From Polaromonas sp. (GTDB lineage Bacteria; Pseudomonadota; Gammaproteobacteria; Burkholderiales; Burkholderiaceae_C), in NCBI GenBank assembly GCA_043766985.1, contig JAYUHM010000234.1, positions 2,494-66,493 on the forward strand: a stretch of 64,000 nucleotides of DNA. The letters run 5' to 3'. Position 1 is the stretch's first letter. Every line of letters begins with the position of its first letter. Positions 36,606 through 46,401 of this stretch are shown here, one piece after another. Position numbers and translations under genes: made by a program. The notes below the pieces were generated by a model that saw nothing but the letters and a program-made list of their open reading frames with translations, ran no database searches and had not been told where the DNA came from.

Positions 36606-37055
36606 GTGAAAACCATTGGCCTGCGTGACGTGCTGTGCGACAGCGGCCCACTAGCGGCGCTGTTTAACCGCAGCGACAGCTACCACGCGCAAGCGCTGGC
36701 CTACTTTAAACGCCACGGCACGCACGTGCGCCTGCTCACCACCTGGGAAGTCGTGTCTGAAGTCATGTATTTTCTGGACTTTAGCGCCCACGCGCAGGCT
36801 GACCTGCTGCTGTGGCTGCACGAAGGCACCATACGCGACCGAATTCGCATTGCATCACTGCAAACAGACGATCTGCTGGGCCTGTCAGCCATGATGCGCA
36901 AATACGCAGCCCGCCCCATGGATTTAGCTGACGCCTCGCTCGTATGGCTGGCTAACAGCACAGGCGTGACGGACATCATTACCGTTGACCGCGCAGACTT
37001 TGCGGTTTATCGTACGAATAAGCGCAAGGCGTTCAAGCGCGTTTTTTTGGATTGA
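36606..37055 (+). CDS. Type II toxin, PIN-domain ribonuclease (VapC-like)
   Basis: 149-aa ORF with PIN acidic residues (VLCDSGPL ... EVVSEV ... DLADASLVWLA ... TVDRADF). GTG start 10 nt after the antitoxin stop. Confidence 0.7.
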   Translation: MKTIGLRDVLCDSGPLAALFNRSDSYHAQALAYFKRHGTHVRLLTTWEVVSEVMYFLDFSAHAQADLLLWLHEGTIRDRIRIASLQTDDLLGLSAMMRKYAARPMDLADASLVWLANSTGVTDIITVDRADFAVYRTNKRKAFKRVFLD

Positions 37056-37106
37056 GTGTCAACATGTCGTGACACTGAAAATGCCAGCCTTTAAGGAGTT
37101 CACCCC

Positions 37107-37499
37107 ATGACCCAGCAAGCCGCAGGCACCTTTGAAGTGTCCATGAAGCCATTGTCTTCGCCTGAAGACCCGCCAGGTGCAATCCCGGGGCGTATGTCAC
37201 TGGACAAGCAGTTTTCTGGCGACTTGGTAGCGGTAGGCCAAGGCCAGATGCTGACCGCCGTGACGCCTACCCAAGGCTCTGCGGCCTATGTGGCGATTGA
37301 GCGGGTGACGGGCGCGCTGCACGGGCGTGCGGGCAGCTTTGTGTTGCAGCACAGCGGCACCATGAACCGGGGCGCGCAGCAATTGTCGGTGACGGTGGTG
37401 CCCGATTCTGGTACCGATGCGCTTGCCGGTATCAGCGGGCAGCTGACGATCCGCATTGCGGATGGCAAGCACTTTTATGTGCTGGAGTACAGCGTGTAG
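37107..37499 (+). CDS. DUF3224 domain protein
   Basis: 130-aa ORF. The pattern AGTFEV...G...GQ...AYVAIE...G.L.GR.GSF.LQH.G is typical of DUF3224. Confidence 0.6.
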   Translation: MTQQAAGTFEVSMKPLSSPEDPPGAIPGRMSLDKQFSGDLVAVGQGQMLTAVTPTQGSAAYVAIERVTGALHGRAGSFVLQHSGTMNRGAQQLSVTVVPDSGTDALAGISGQLTIRIADGKHFYVLEYSV

Positions 37500-37540
37500 G
37501 CATGGGTAGGCGCAAAATTAACGCAATGCATATGCTATAT

Positions 37541-37590
37541 ATAAAATAGCACCTTGTGCTTTGCTCTATTGGGCTGGTGCCGTATTTTTA
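37541..37590 (+). repeat. Dispersed repeat, copy E (intergenic)
   Basis: ATAAAATAGCACCTTGTGCTTTGCTCTATTGGGCTGGTGCCGTATTTTTA. Confidence 0.7.
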
Positions 37591-37614
37591 TATAAATTCG
37601 GGTTTATTGCCGCT

Positions 37615-38553
37615 TTAGAACACTTTTTGCACCGTGTACCCGCGCCTCTCCATTAAAGCGGGCAGGCCCTCGGGGCCAACCATGTGCAGCGCGCCTACTG
37701 CGGCAAAAATACGGCGCCCATCGCCGTGCAGGGTGTCGATGCGTGCGGCCATGGCGGGGTTGCGGTCGTCCAGCAGGCGCTTGAGGTCAGCGCGCTCTTT
37801 GGCGGTGTTCAGGCACTTGCACCAGCTCGCATAGCTGCTCATGGTGGGGTAGTCGCTGTCGGCCCATGATTGGGCCAGCTTGGCCAATAGCACTTGCGCC
37901 GTGCCGTCCTCCAGCTGCACCAGCCCTTCGTCCACTGCCGCCAAGGCTTCTTCCCTGCTGGACACCCGCATCAGGCGCAATTGGTCTTCTACGCTTTCGA
38001 TGGCTTCGACAGATTTCTTGCTGCTGCTGGCCACCCCTGCAAGCACCAGGTCGGCACCGTAGGCGGGGCTAAGGCCCTGCTTCATCAGGGCCATGACGGT
38101 TAACGTGACAATTTGGAATTCAGGCCGCAGTGGCGCTAACTGCGCTACCGGAACGCAGCTTACTTGGGCCTGGCGCGCAACCCTGGCCCCGAGCGCTTGG
38201 GGTAGCGGTTTTGCTGGGGTATCCAGCATGCCTTGGCTCAGTTGGTGCATGGCCTGTGGGTCTAGCGGGTTCAGCTCCAAGGCGATGCTGTCGCTTTGCC
38301 GGATAGCCTGAATCAACTGCGGGCCGGGTAAAGCCCACTCTAGCTTGGACACATGGATGGTGCCGTACAAATACGAGCTGCGCCCGTCTTTGGTAACGCG
38401 CCACAAAAACCCACGGTCTTTGGCTGATTTTTGCAGTTCTTTCAGCTGCGATGGGGTAGGCGCACTGTCAGGTGCCGGGCAGCCGTCTTGTGCGTATGCG
38501 CTGCCGAGTAACGCAGCCAGAACCAGAACAACCAAGTGGCGTAGATGAAGCAT
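37615..38553 (-). CDS. TraB/GumN-family protein (secreted)
   Basis: Signal peptide and the family motif GFLWRVTKDGRSSYLYGTIHV, with a late AVGALHMVGPEGL block. Confidence 0.75.
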   Translation of the reverse strand: MLHLRHLVVLVLAALLGSAYAQDGCPAPDSAPTPSQLKELQKSAKDRGFLWRVTKDGRSSYLYGTIHVSKLEWALPGPQLIQAIRQSDSIALELNPLDPQAMHQLSQGMLDTPAKPLPQALGARVARQAQVSCVPVAQLAPLRPEFQIVTLTVMALMKQGLSPAYGADLVLAGVASSSKKSVEAIESVEDQLRLMRVSSREEALAAVDEGLVQLEDGTAQVLLAKLAQSWADSDYPTMSSYASWCKCLNTAKERADLKRLLDDRNPAMAARIDTLHGDGRRIFAAVGALHMVGPEGLPALMERRGYTVQKVF

Positions 38554-38617
38554 TGCCAGATGCTAGCAGAGTCGGGCAGTGATGGCGATGGCTTTAGCCG
38601 CTTACCCGGCCCAGGGC

Positions 38618-39616
38618 TCATTCCATTTTGATACTGCGCATCATGATAATGCCGCCAAACAGTGCCGTGTCGGACTTGATCCGTTTTGCCAGACCCTCGG
38701 CCGTCGAGGGGGAGGGCTGCCAGCCTACGGTGACCAGTCGGGCACGGCCCTCGGGACTTTTGATGGCTTCGATGACGGCGGCGCTGAGCTTGGCGGCGAT
38801 GGCTTTGGGCATGCTGGCTGGGGCGGCCATGGCCGTCCACAGATCCATCTCGGTGTTGTACACGCCCAGCTCGGCCATGCTGGGCAGTTCAGCAGCTTGG
38901 GTGCTGCGCACCGACGTGGTAACCGCAATGCCTTTGAGTTTGCCGCCGCGGATATGTGACATCACCAAGCCGGGCGGCAGCAGGGCAGCTTGCAGTTGCC
39001 CTGCCAGCAGTGCGTTGATAACCTGCGGGTTGCCAGGGTAGGGAATATGCACGCCAGCGGAGCTGATTTTGCCCTTGATAAGCTCCATGCCCAGATGGCC
39101 AGGGGTGCCCGCACCAGGAGAGCCGTAGCTGGCCTTGTTGCCCAGGTCGCGCAGCCATTGCAGCCATTGCTGCGGCGTGGTACCGGAAGCGCTGGCGTTG
39201 ACGACCAGAACCAGCGGCTGGGTGCCGATGAGTGCGATGGGCTGAAAATCACGCGCCGGGTCAAACGGGGTGGCGGGGTTGAGCATTTTCACCACGGTCA
39301 AGGTGGTGTTGTTCATGATGCCCACGGTGTGCTCATCGGTGGCCTTGGCTACCAAGTCGCCCGCGATGCTGCCGGAGGCACCGGCTTTGTTTTCAATAAT
39401 GACGGGTTGGCCTAAAATTTTGGCTAACGACTCTGACAGTGCCCGGGCCGACAAGTCTTGCACTGAGCCCGCTGGAAATCCCACCACGATACGCAAGGGC
39501 TTGGTGGGCCAGTTCGCTGCTTGCGCGCTGGCGCTGCCGGCTCTGGTTTGGGCGAACGCGCTGGGCCACAGCGCCAGTTGGCCTGCAGAAAGCAAAATGG
39601 AGCGACGAATATTCAT
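38618..39616 (-). CDS. Bug-family (TctC-like) tripartite tricarboxylate transporter substrate-binding protein
   Basis: 332-aa ORF with a signal peptide, WPTKPLRIVVGFPAGS and YGSPGAGTPGHL motifs. Confidence 0.85.
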   Translation of the reverse strand: MNIRRSILLSAGQLALWPSAFAQTRAGSASAQAANWPTKPLRIVVGFPAGSVQDLSARALSESLAKILGQPVIIENKAGASGSIAGDLVAKATDEHTVGIMNNTTLTVVKMLNPATPFDPARDFQPIALIGTQPLVLVVNASASGTTPQQWLQWLRDLGNKASYGSPGAGTPGHLGMELIKGKISSAGVHIPYPGNPQVINALLAGQLQAALLPPGLVMSHIRGGKLKGIAVTTSVRSTQAAELPSMAELGVYNTEMDLWTAMAAPASMPKAIAAKLSAAVIEAIKSPEGRARLVTVGWQPSPSTAEGLAKRIKSDTALFGGIIMMRSIKME

Positions 39617-39929
39617 GGGGGATTACCGGGTGAGGTTGCGAGAGATGTGCCCTGCGCAGGGTGCGCGGCGTGCAGCTGGTGCAGGTGAAAATTATAGATG
39701 CTTTTACAGTGCCGTCTCTGTGCTTGAAAAAATTAAACGCCTCGTATCCAATGTATTTACTATGTATAACGCTTCTAAATTAATAGCAAACGCGTCTTGG
39801 AATTTACAAAAACGTGATTTTTTACACACGCTTTTTGCTGTCGGGTGTCGTCGCTTGGCGCGATGGGGCGGGACTGATGTTGACGTTACGCAAACACCTT
39901 GCCAGTGCTGCCCCCACCTAACGCACCAT

Positions 39930-41108
39930 TCACCCGCGCATTGCGCGCTCCGGGGTGCCGGGGCTGATGGCGCGCTGCAAATGGGCGGGCAGTGGCGAGC
40001 CATCGGAATGCAGCACCAAGCTGGCTATGTGCTGACCACACAGTGCTGCAAAACTCAAACCGCGTGAGCCCATGGCGGTGCAGGCGTACAAGCCGGGATA
40101 GCTGGCAGGGGACACCGCGCCCACCCACGGCAAGCGCTCGCGCGTGGTGCAGCGTGTGCCCGCCCAGGCTTGCAGTTGGCCGCTGCCGTGCTGGGCCGCC
40201 AGCAGGTCGGCGGCAGCGGGGATGAGCCGCTGCAAACGCTGCAGGTTGGCCGCAATGCCTTGGGCGCTCACCCGAGGGTGCTGGGGCGTGTCGTGCTCAT
40301 AGGTGGAGCCACTCAGCCATATCTGCGCGCCGTGGGGGCCCCAAGGTATAGCAGGGATAAAGTGGCCGTTGCCATTGATGGCGCAAAACTGGTTGTCTTG
40401 CGGCGCTGGCGCCATGCCATGGGAGGGGCGGTACTGCGCCAACTCGGGCAGCAGTGCGGGCCACAGCGCTTGCCACTGGGCAGTCCACGGGCCGTACAGC
40501 ACTTGACCGGCTACGGGGTGCAGTGGGGCGGCTATGGCTTGTGCGGTGGCATGGGGCACCTCGCTGGCACGCCCCAAGCCTGCCAACAATGCCTTGGCGG
40601 CGTAGGCGTTGGCCAGCACGCAGGCGTCTGCTTGGGCCAGCTCTGTGCCCACGGCGTCAAACGCTTGCCATACCGGCGCATGGCCCACGGCGCATTGCAG
40701 GCGATGCACGTGCGTACCTGCGCTGACGGTGATACGTGGATGCGCCAGCCATGCTGCCACCAGCGCGGCGGGTTTGACCCAGGCGGCGTCGGCAAACCAC
40801 TGGGCCCGTGGGCCGAGTTTGCCTGCGCGCTGCAGTGCACCGCAGCGCGACCAGTCTTGGCCGCCCACCAGCAAGGTGCGGGCGGCTTGGGTGGTTGCCG
40901 CCACACCCAAGCGGCTGAGCTGGGAGACCAGGCTGTCGTCGACCGAGTGGTGTGGTGCCATCAAAGCAACGGGCAAACCAGCCGATGGTGCCGTGCTGGC
41001 CACGGCAACCGCGCTGGCCTCTAGCACCGTCACGTTACAGCCTTGCAGAGCCAGTGCGTGGGCCGTAGCGGCCCCCGCCAGGCCAGCACCAATAACTATG
41101 ATTTTCAT
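39930..41108 (-). CDS. FAD-dependent oxidoreductase (DAO family, resembles the MnmC C-terminal domain)
   Basis: Dinucleotide motif MKIIVIGAGLAGAATAH. The ATG at 41108 is preferred to the track start at 41204. Confidence 0.6.
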   Translation of the reverse strand: MKIIVIGAGLAGAATAHALALQGCNVTVLEASAVAVASTAPSAGLPVALMAPHHSVDDSLVSQLSRLGVAATTQAARTLLVGGQDWSRCGALQRAGKLGPRAQWFADAAWVKPAALVAAWLAHPRITVSAGTHVHRLQCAVGHAPVWQAFDAVGTELAQADACVLANAYAAKALLAGLGRASEVPHATAQAIAAPLHPVAGQVLYGPWTAQWQALWPALLPELAQYRPSHGMAPAPQDNQFCAINGNGHFIPAIPWGPHGAQIWLSGSTYEHDTPQHPRVSAQGIAANLQRLQRLIPAAADLLAAQHGSGQLQAWAGTRCTTRERLPWVGAVSPASYPGLYACTAMGSRGLSFAALCGQHIASLVLHSDGSPLPAHLQRAISPGTPERAMRG

Positions 41109-41154
41109 AGCTGCTACCGCAATGCTATAAAGGGCAGCAAAGGTAGTCGACGGC

Positions 41155-41427
41155 TTATTCTGTGGGCGGCACGTAGCCTTGCACCGCGTCGGCACCGGCG
41201 CCAAAAAAGTGCGCTTCCATCTGGCGGGCCAGGTACTGGCGGGCGCGCTGGTCGGCCAGGTTCAGGCGGTTCTCGTTCACCAGCATGGTTTGCTGCTTCA
41301 TCCACGCGGCCCATGCCTCTTTGCTTACCTGCTGCCACAGCTTTTTGCCCAGCTCGCCCGGGTAGGGCGGAAAGTCCATGCCCTCGGCTTCTTTGCCCAG
41401 TTTGATACAGTTAACCATGCGTGCCAT
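41155..41427 (-). CDS. yggX: Fe(2+)-trafficking / oxidative-damage protection protein YggX
   Basis: 90-aa protein [31 protein letters not shown]...NENRLN, nearly invariant YggX sequence. Confidence 0.9.
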   Translation of the reverse strand: MARMVNCIKLGKEAEGMDFPPYPGELGKKLWQQVSKEAWAAWMKQQTMLVNENRLNLADQRARQYLARQMEAHFFGAGADAVQGYVPPTE

Positions 41428-41543
41428 GTTGGTGTCCTTCGTCTTGAATAGGAATAAAGTGATTACAAAATGTTCAATGCGCAAGCGAACCCTTGCGGGG
41501 TTTGCGTGTCCAATACCCGTATTGTCTCTTACCGGAAAACCTG

Positions 41544-42077
41544 ATGTTTAATTTTTGGAAAAACCTCACCCTCAGCAGCGGCGCTGGCCTGATAGCCCTG
41601 GCCTGCATAGGCATGCTGGTTTTTGGCCTGTACCTGCAACATGTGGTTGGTTTGGAGCCTTGCCCAATGTGTATTGTGCAGCGATACGCTCTTATTTTAG
41701 TAGCAGCTTGTGCTATATTCTGTTGGGCTAGCGGCCTAAAAGCCTCTAAAAAGCAGGGTAAAAGTACCATGCAAGCCGTGTGGGCCGGCGTGGCCGTGCT
41801 GTTTGCAGGGGGCGGCGCCTTTGTAGCAGCGCGGCAGAGTTTTTTGCAGTGGTACCCGCCCGAGGTTGTGTCGTGCGGGCGCGACTTTTACGGCATGGTC
41901 GAGACCTTCCCCCTCAAACGCGCCATTCCGATGATTTTCAAAGGCGGCGGCGACTGCTCCAAGGTGGACTGGACCTTTCTAGGCGGCTCTATTGCCAACT
42001 GGTCATTTGTGGCGTTTGTGGGAATGGGCTTGGTATTGGTTACCTTGCTGCTCAGGCGCAGAGCGGCCGCGGGCTGA
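41544..42077 (+). CDS. dsbB: Disulfide bond formation protein B
   Basis: 4-TM protein with the CxxC pair ([11 protein letters not shown]) and a second Cys pair (SCGRD...GDCSKV). TM2 and the cytoplasmic loop are encoded by a copy of the dispersed repeat. Confidence 0.85.
   Translation: MFNFWKNLTLSSGAGLIALACIGMLVFGLYLQHVVGLEPCPMCIVQRYALILVAACAIFCWASGLKASKKQGKSTMQAVWAGVAVLFAGGGAFVAARQSFLQWYPPEVVSCGRDFYGMVETFPLKRAIPMIFKGGGDCSKVDWTFLGGSIANWSFVAFVGMGLVLVTLLLRRRAAAG
41694..41745 (+). repeat. Dispersed repeat, copy F (inside dsbB)
   Basis: ATTTTAGTAGCAGCTTGTGCTATATTCTGTTGGGCTAGCGGCCTAAAAGCC, encoding [17 protein letters not shown]. Confidence 0.85.
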
Positions 42078-42119
42078 GCGTTGCCTCGCGGCAAGCACAC
42101 AGGCCCTGCTGCCAAGGGC

Positions 42120-42989
42120 TTACGCTTCGTCCACCACGGTATTGGCCAGCGTGCCAATGCCTTCAATCTCTACCTCAATGCGGTCACCCGCCTTCATAAA
42201 CACCGGCGGTGTGCGCGCATAGCCCACACCAGACGGCGTACCCATGGCAATCACGTCGCCGGACTCCAGCGTCATCACTTCACTGAGCCAGCACAGGGTT
42301 TGAATCACCGGGAACATCTTGTTGCCGGTGTTATCACTCTGCATGACCTTGCCATTCAGGCGCGATTCGATGTGCAAACCCGCAGCGCCAGCGGGCAGGG
42401 CGCTGGCAGGCACCATGCCGGGGCCAAAAGCGCCGGTGCCGTCAAAGTTTTTGCCAATCGTCCACTGCGTGGTTTTGCGCTGGTAGTCGCGCAGCGAGCC
42501 ATCGTTAAAGCACGAGTAGCCAGCCACGGCTTGCAAGGCGTTGGCGGGTGTGAGGTGGCGTGCGCGTTTGCCGATGATGACGGCCAGCTCGGCTTCGTAA
42601 TCCAGTTTGTCTGACACCCTGGGGCGCAGCATGGGGGCCTCATGCGCGATGAGGGACGAGCTGACGCGCAGGAAAAAGCTGGGGTAGGTAGGCGGTGCGT
42701 TGCCGCCTTCTTTGGCGTGTTCGGCGTAGTTCAGGCCCAGGCAGATGATCTTCCCGGGGCTATGGATGGGCATGAGCCATTGCACGGCGTTCAGTGCCAG
42801 GTGGGCCGAGGCGGGGGCTGATTGGGCGGCCTGCACTGCGCTGGTCATGGCGCTTTCGCCGAGCTTGATCAGGGCGAGCAGGTCGCGCGGCAAGACGGGT
42901 GCGGCGATGCTCAGGTCGATCAGTTGCTTGGCTATGACAAAGCCGAGGCGGGGTTGGGAGTCATCGGGTTTAAGAAATTGGACAAACAT
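42120..42989 (-). CDS. Fumarylacetoacetate hydrolase (FAH)-family protein
   Basis: 289-aa ORF with the FAH-fold motifs KIICLGLNYAEHA, DYEAELAVIIGK and GDVIAMGTPSGVG. Confidence 0.85.
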   Translation of the reverse strand: MFVQFLKPDDSQPRLGFVIAKQLIDLSIAAPVLPRDLLALIKLGESAMTSAVQAAQSAPASAHLALNAVQWLMPIHSPGKIICLGLNYAEHAKEGGNAPPTYPSFFLRVSSSLIAHEAPMLRPRVSDKLDYEAELAVIIGKRARHLTPANALQAVAGYSCFNDGSLRDYQRKTTQWTIGKNFDGTGAFGPGMVPASALPAGAAGLHIESRLNGKVMQSDNTGNKMFPVIQTLCWLSEVMTLESGDVIAMGTPSGVGYARTPPVFMKAGDRIEVEIEGIGTLANTVVDEA

Positions 42990-43160
42990 GTTGATCGGAT
43001 GATAAGTTGAAGGTCAATAAGCTTGTTGAGTATCAGGCCGCGCGCGGCAGGGGTTGATCGTAAAAACCCCTAGGTGTGCCGCAAAACGAATGCACAGGGG
43101 GTTGGGCTGCACTGGCGTTATTGCCTTTGCTGGGCCTGCTGGGCCTGCTGGAGCTGCGGC

Positions 43161-43925
43161 TCAGGGTGCGGGTGCGCTGATCCAGTCGGTGATTGTTTTT
43201 ACCGCTTGCGCTTCCATGCCAATAAAGCCGTGCCAGTGCATGGCCTCGCATTCGTCGCCGCGCGGGTCGCTGCCGCCCCGCAAGATCAGCAGCTTTTTTA
43301 CACGCGCTTCTTTCAAGCCGTCGATGATATTGCTCGCCTCGTGAGGGCGCGTTACTCTGCAACTGTCATTGGCGTGTGATACCACCAGCACGGGTTGGGT
43401 GATGTCGGCAATCCTCTGGCGCGGCACGCTGGTGGGCGTGTTGTAGGCGGTATACGCTGCGGTCAGCACAACGCCATCAACCTCAGCGCCCAAGGCTATG
43501 GCCGCCGCAGCTGCGGAGATGGTGCCCTGGCTGGTGCCCAGTAGCCACATTGGCAGGCCGTTACGCGCCTTGAGGTGGCGAATCACCGCCGCAATGTCTT
43601 GTACATGCTCGGCGCTGGCGCGTTTGGTCGGGTCAAGCTGGCGCATGTCGCTGGCGTTGCCGAGCAGAGCCACGTGAAACCCTGCCTGGGCAAAATAATC
43701 GCGGCTGCGAATCAAAAAATTGTTGGACTGCGGCGCGCCGCCCTTCAAACCAATGCCGCCCGCGCCGCCACTAAACAGCAGCAGATTGGCCTTGGCGTTG
43801 TCCCGCTGCATCCACCAATAGCCCGAGGTGATGCCAGAGCGGGTGCTGATGCTTACATAGTCGTCTGCTGCTGCAGCCAGGCTGCACGCCAGCGCTAAAG
43901 TAAATGCGAGAACCCGTTTGAGCAT
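43161..43925 (-). CDS. Secreted alpha/beta-hydrolase-fold protein
   Basis: Signal peptide (LALACSLAAAADD), nucleophile-elbow-like LLGTSQGT and a late HANDS/His region. Confidence 0.6.
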   Translation of the reverse strand: MLKRVLAFTLALACSLAAAADDYVSISTRSGITSGYWWMQRDNAKANLLLFSGGAGGIGLKGGAPQSNNFLIRSRDYFAQAGFHVALLGNASDMRQLDPTKRASAEHVQDIAAVIRHLKARNGLPMWLLGTSQGTISAAAAAIALGAEVDGVVLTAAYTAYNTPTSVPRQRIADITQPVLVVSHANDSCRVTRPHEASNIIDGLKEARVKKLLILRGGSDPRGDECEAMHWHGFIGMEAQAVKTITDWISAPAP

Positions 43926-43929
43926 AGGC

Positions 43930-45276
43930 TTAAAGCTTCTTCACCAACACCTGGCTCTTGCGGTCCCAGTTGTACTTGCGCTTACGCGCCTCGGGCAACC
44001 AGTCGGGGTCTACCTGCGCAAAACCGCGTTTGATAAACCAGTGCATGGTGCGGGTGGTCAGCACAAACATGCTGTCCAGCCCCGCAGCTTTGGCGCGCTG
44101 TTCAACGCGTTTTAGCAACTTTTCACCATCGCCTTGCGACTGCGACTGTGGCGACACCGTCAGCGCTGCCATCTCAGCGGTGCGCGCCTCGGGGTAGGGG
44201 TACAGCGCCGCGCAGCCAAAAATCACACCGTCGTGTTCGATGATGCTGTAGTTGGTAATGTCGCGCTCAATCTCGGTACGGTCGCGCTTGACCAAGGTGC
44301 CGTCGCGTTCAAACGGCTCGATCAGTTGCAGCACGCCGCCCACGTCGTCGGGTGTGGCTTCTCTGAGCGATTCGAGTTTTTCGTCCACCACCATGGTGCC
44401 GATGCCATCGTGCACATACACCTCCAGCAGCAGCGCGCCGTCGGTGGCAAAGGGCAATATGTGGCTGCGTTCTACGCCACTTTTGCAGGCCTTAACGCAG
44501 TGCTGCAAATAAAACGCGGTGTCGGTGGGTAGCTGCGCGCTGGGCAGGGCGGCCAGCATTTTTTCGGCGGCAGCCAGCGGCAGTTCGGTGTCAATCGGGT
44601 TATCTTCACTCAGGGGTTGAGAGGTGTCCAATGCCAGGCCGGGAATTTCCGTTAAAAATATCAGCTTGTCAGCCTGCAAAGCCGTGGCAACCGAGGTGGC
44701 CACTTCTTCCATCGTCAGGTTAAACGCCTCGCCCGTGGGGGAGAAGCCAAACGGCGACAGAAGCACCATGGCGCCCATGTCCAGCGTGCGCATAATGCCC
44801 GCCGTGTCTACCTTGCGCACCAGTCCGCTGTGCATAAAATCCACGCCATCCACAATGCCCACAGGCCGGGCGGTAATAAAGTTGCCGCTCATTACGCGTA
44901 CCGTAGCGCCAGCCATAGGCGTGTTGGGCAGGCCCTGGCTAAACGCGGCCTCAATCTCGTAGCGCAGTTGGCCCGCAGCTTCTTGCGCGCAGTCCAGCGC
45001 CACGCTGTCGGTAATGCGAATGCCGTGCGAATATTTAGGGGTGTGGCCCTTGGCGGCCAACTGCTCATTTACCTGCGGCCTAAAGCCATGCACCAGCACA
45101 ATCTTCACGCCCATGCTCTGGATCAGCGCCAAGTCTTGCGCAATGGTCGTCAGCTTGCCCGCCGCTATCGCCTCGCCACACACCGCCACCACAAAGGTTT
45201 TGCCACGGTGCATGTGAATGTAGGGCGCAACAGAGCGAAACCAGGGAACGAAGGTGAAGTTGAAGACGGTGGACAT
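43930..45276 (-). CDS. argA: Amino-acid N-acetyltransferase (N-acetylglutamate synthase)
   Basis: 448-aa ORF with an N-terminal amino-acid-kinase fold (FVVAVCGEA...VLVHGFRPQ) and a C-terminal GNAT domain. Confidence 0.9.
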   Translation of the reverse strand: MSTVFNFTFVPWFRSVAPYIHMHRGKTFVVAVCGEAIAAGKLTTIAQDLALIQSMGVKIVLVHGFRPQVNEQLAAKGHTPKYSHGIRITDSVALDCAQEAAGQLRYEIEAAFSQGLPNTPMAGATVRVMSGNFITARPVGIVDGVDFMHSGLVRKVDTAGIMRTLDMGAMVLLSPFGFSPTGEAFNLTMEEVATSVATALQADKLIFLTEIPGLALDTSQPLSEDNPIDTELPLAAAEKMLAALPSAQLPTDTAFYLQHCVKACKSGVERSHILPFATDGALLLEVYVHDGIGTMVVDEKLESLREATPDDVGGVLQLIEPFERDGTLVKRDRTEIERDITNYSIIEHDGVIFGCAALYPYPEARTAEMAALTVSPQSQSQGDGEKLLKRVEQRAKAAGLDSMFVLTTRTMHWFIKRGFAQVDPDWLPEARKRKYNWDRKSQVLVKKL

Positions 45277-45473
45277 GCGGTTTTACTAAAAAATTAGGGC
45301 GGCTCAAAACAGACTAGCCTTAACTGTAACCTAGCTCTTTGTGTTGCACCATAAGCACGGGTGCCAGCGGCTAATTCCGACTGTTGCGTACGATTATTGC
45401 AAGGTAGGCCGCGCGCCCCGGCAAGCGCCGCCATAATTGGTCTTAACTAACAACACACAGATGGGGTGACAGT

Positions 45474-46376
45474 ATGAACGCAGGGGTTTTCAAGTCAATC
45501 ATGCCAGCATGCGCGGCGCTGCTGCTCATTACCGGGTGCAGCTCCATGCCGCTGCCAAAAGGTGCCGCCAGCCAGGCTGAAGCCCTTGCGCTGTTAGAGC
45601 AATCACAGCAAGCACACGGTAAAGCCGCATTTGCGGCCATCAAAGACATCAACGTCAGCTACACTGGCAAGTGGTTTGACCTGATTACGCGTATTCAACC
45701 CGCCATCACTGACACCGCGTTTCGCCAGACTTCGCAAGAGCGTATGCTGATGGGCGACAGCCTGATTGCACAAATCCACAGCGGCAAGGGTGGTGAAAAA
45801 ACGGTGATGGAAGACCGGCGCCAAGTAGCCATCTGGTACAACCAACAGCCGCATACCAGCCCAGGGCAAATGGCAGCGTCGCACCTGGTGCTGCATGCAT
45901 ACCAAATATTTTTATACCCCGCGTTTTATGTGCAGCGTGCTAGCGTGCTAGAACTGGCAGGGAGCAGTGTGGTGGGTGGGCGCGACTGCGACAACCTGCT
46001 GGCGGTGTTGCGCCCTAGCATAGGCAACTCGGTGGAGGACAAGGCGCTACTGTGCATTGACCGACAAGACAAGCTGGTGCGCCGCGTGTGGATCACGCTT
46101 GAAGGCTCTGAGCCCAGCAAGGGCGCGGTGGTGAGCGTGGTGCACGACAAATTTGTCGAAGTGGGCGGGGTAAAGTGGCCAACGCACTTTTATGAAACGG
46201 TGGTCAAGCCGTTTGCAGGCTTGCCAGCGCATGATTTTTCTTTGTCGGGCCTGGATATTAACCGTGGCCTGAGCAAAGCGGATTTTAAAGATGGCAAGTG
46301 GTCTGACAAAGCGGCCAAGCCAGCGGCTACGCTGCCTACTCTCCCTACTCGGGATACTTATCTCTCGGTTGACTAG
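45474..46376 (+). CDS. Hypothetical lipoprotein
   Basis: Lipobox LLLITGCSS; 300 aa. No family recognised. Confidence 0.5.
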   Translation: MNAGVFKSIMPACAALLLITGCSSMPLPKGAASQAEALALLEQSQQAHGKAAFAAIKDINVSYTGKWFDLITRIQPAITDTAFRQTSQERMLMGDSLIAQIHSGKGGEKTVMEDRRQVAIWYNQQPHTSPGQMAASHLVLHAYQIFLYPAFYVQRASVLELAGSSVVGGRDCDNLLAVLRPSIGNSVEDKALLCIDRQDKLVRRVWITLEGSEPSKGAVVSVVHDKFVEVGGVKWPTHFYETVVKPFAGLPAHDFSLSGLDINRGLSKADFKDGKWSDKAAKPAATLPTLPTRDTYLSVD

Positions 46377-46401
46377 CGCGGCGAAAACACTGCCAGATCA
46401 A

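Noticed and set aside
43128-43154. 9-bp tandem repeat (TGCTGGGCC x2 plus TGCTGGAGC) immediately 3' of the hydrolase stop codon; it would encode a PAG-type tail if read through
   Set aside because: It is short and has no evidence for readthrough or frameshifting. It is probably slippage-prone low-complexity DNA.
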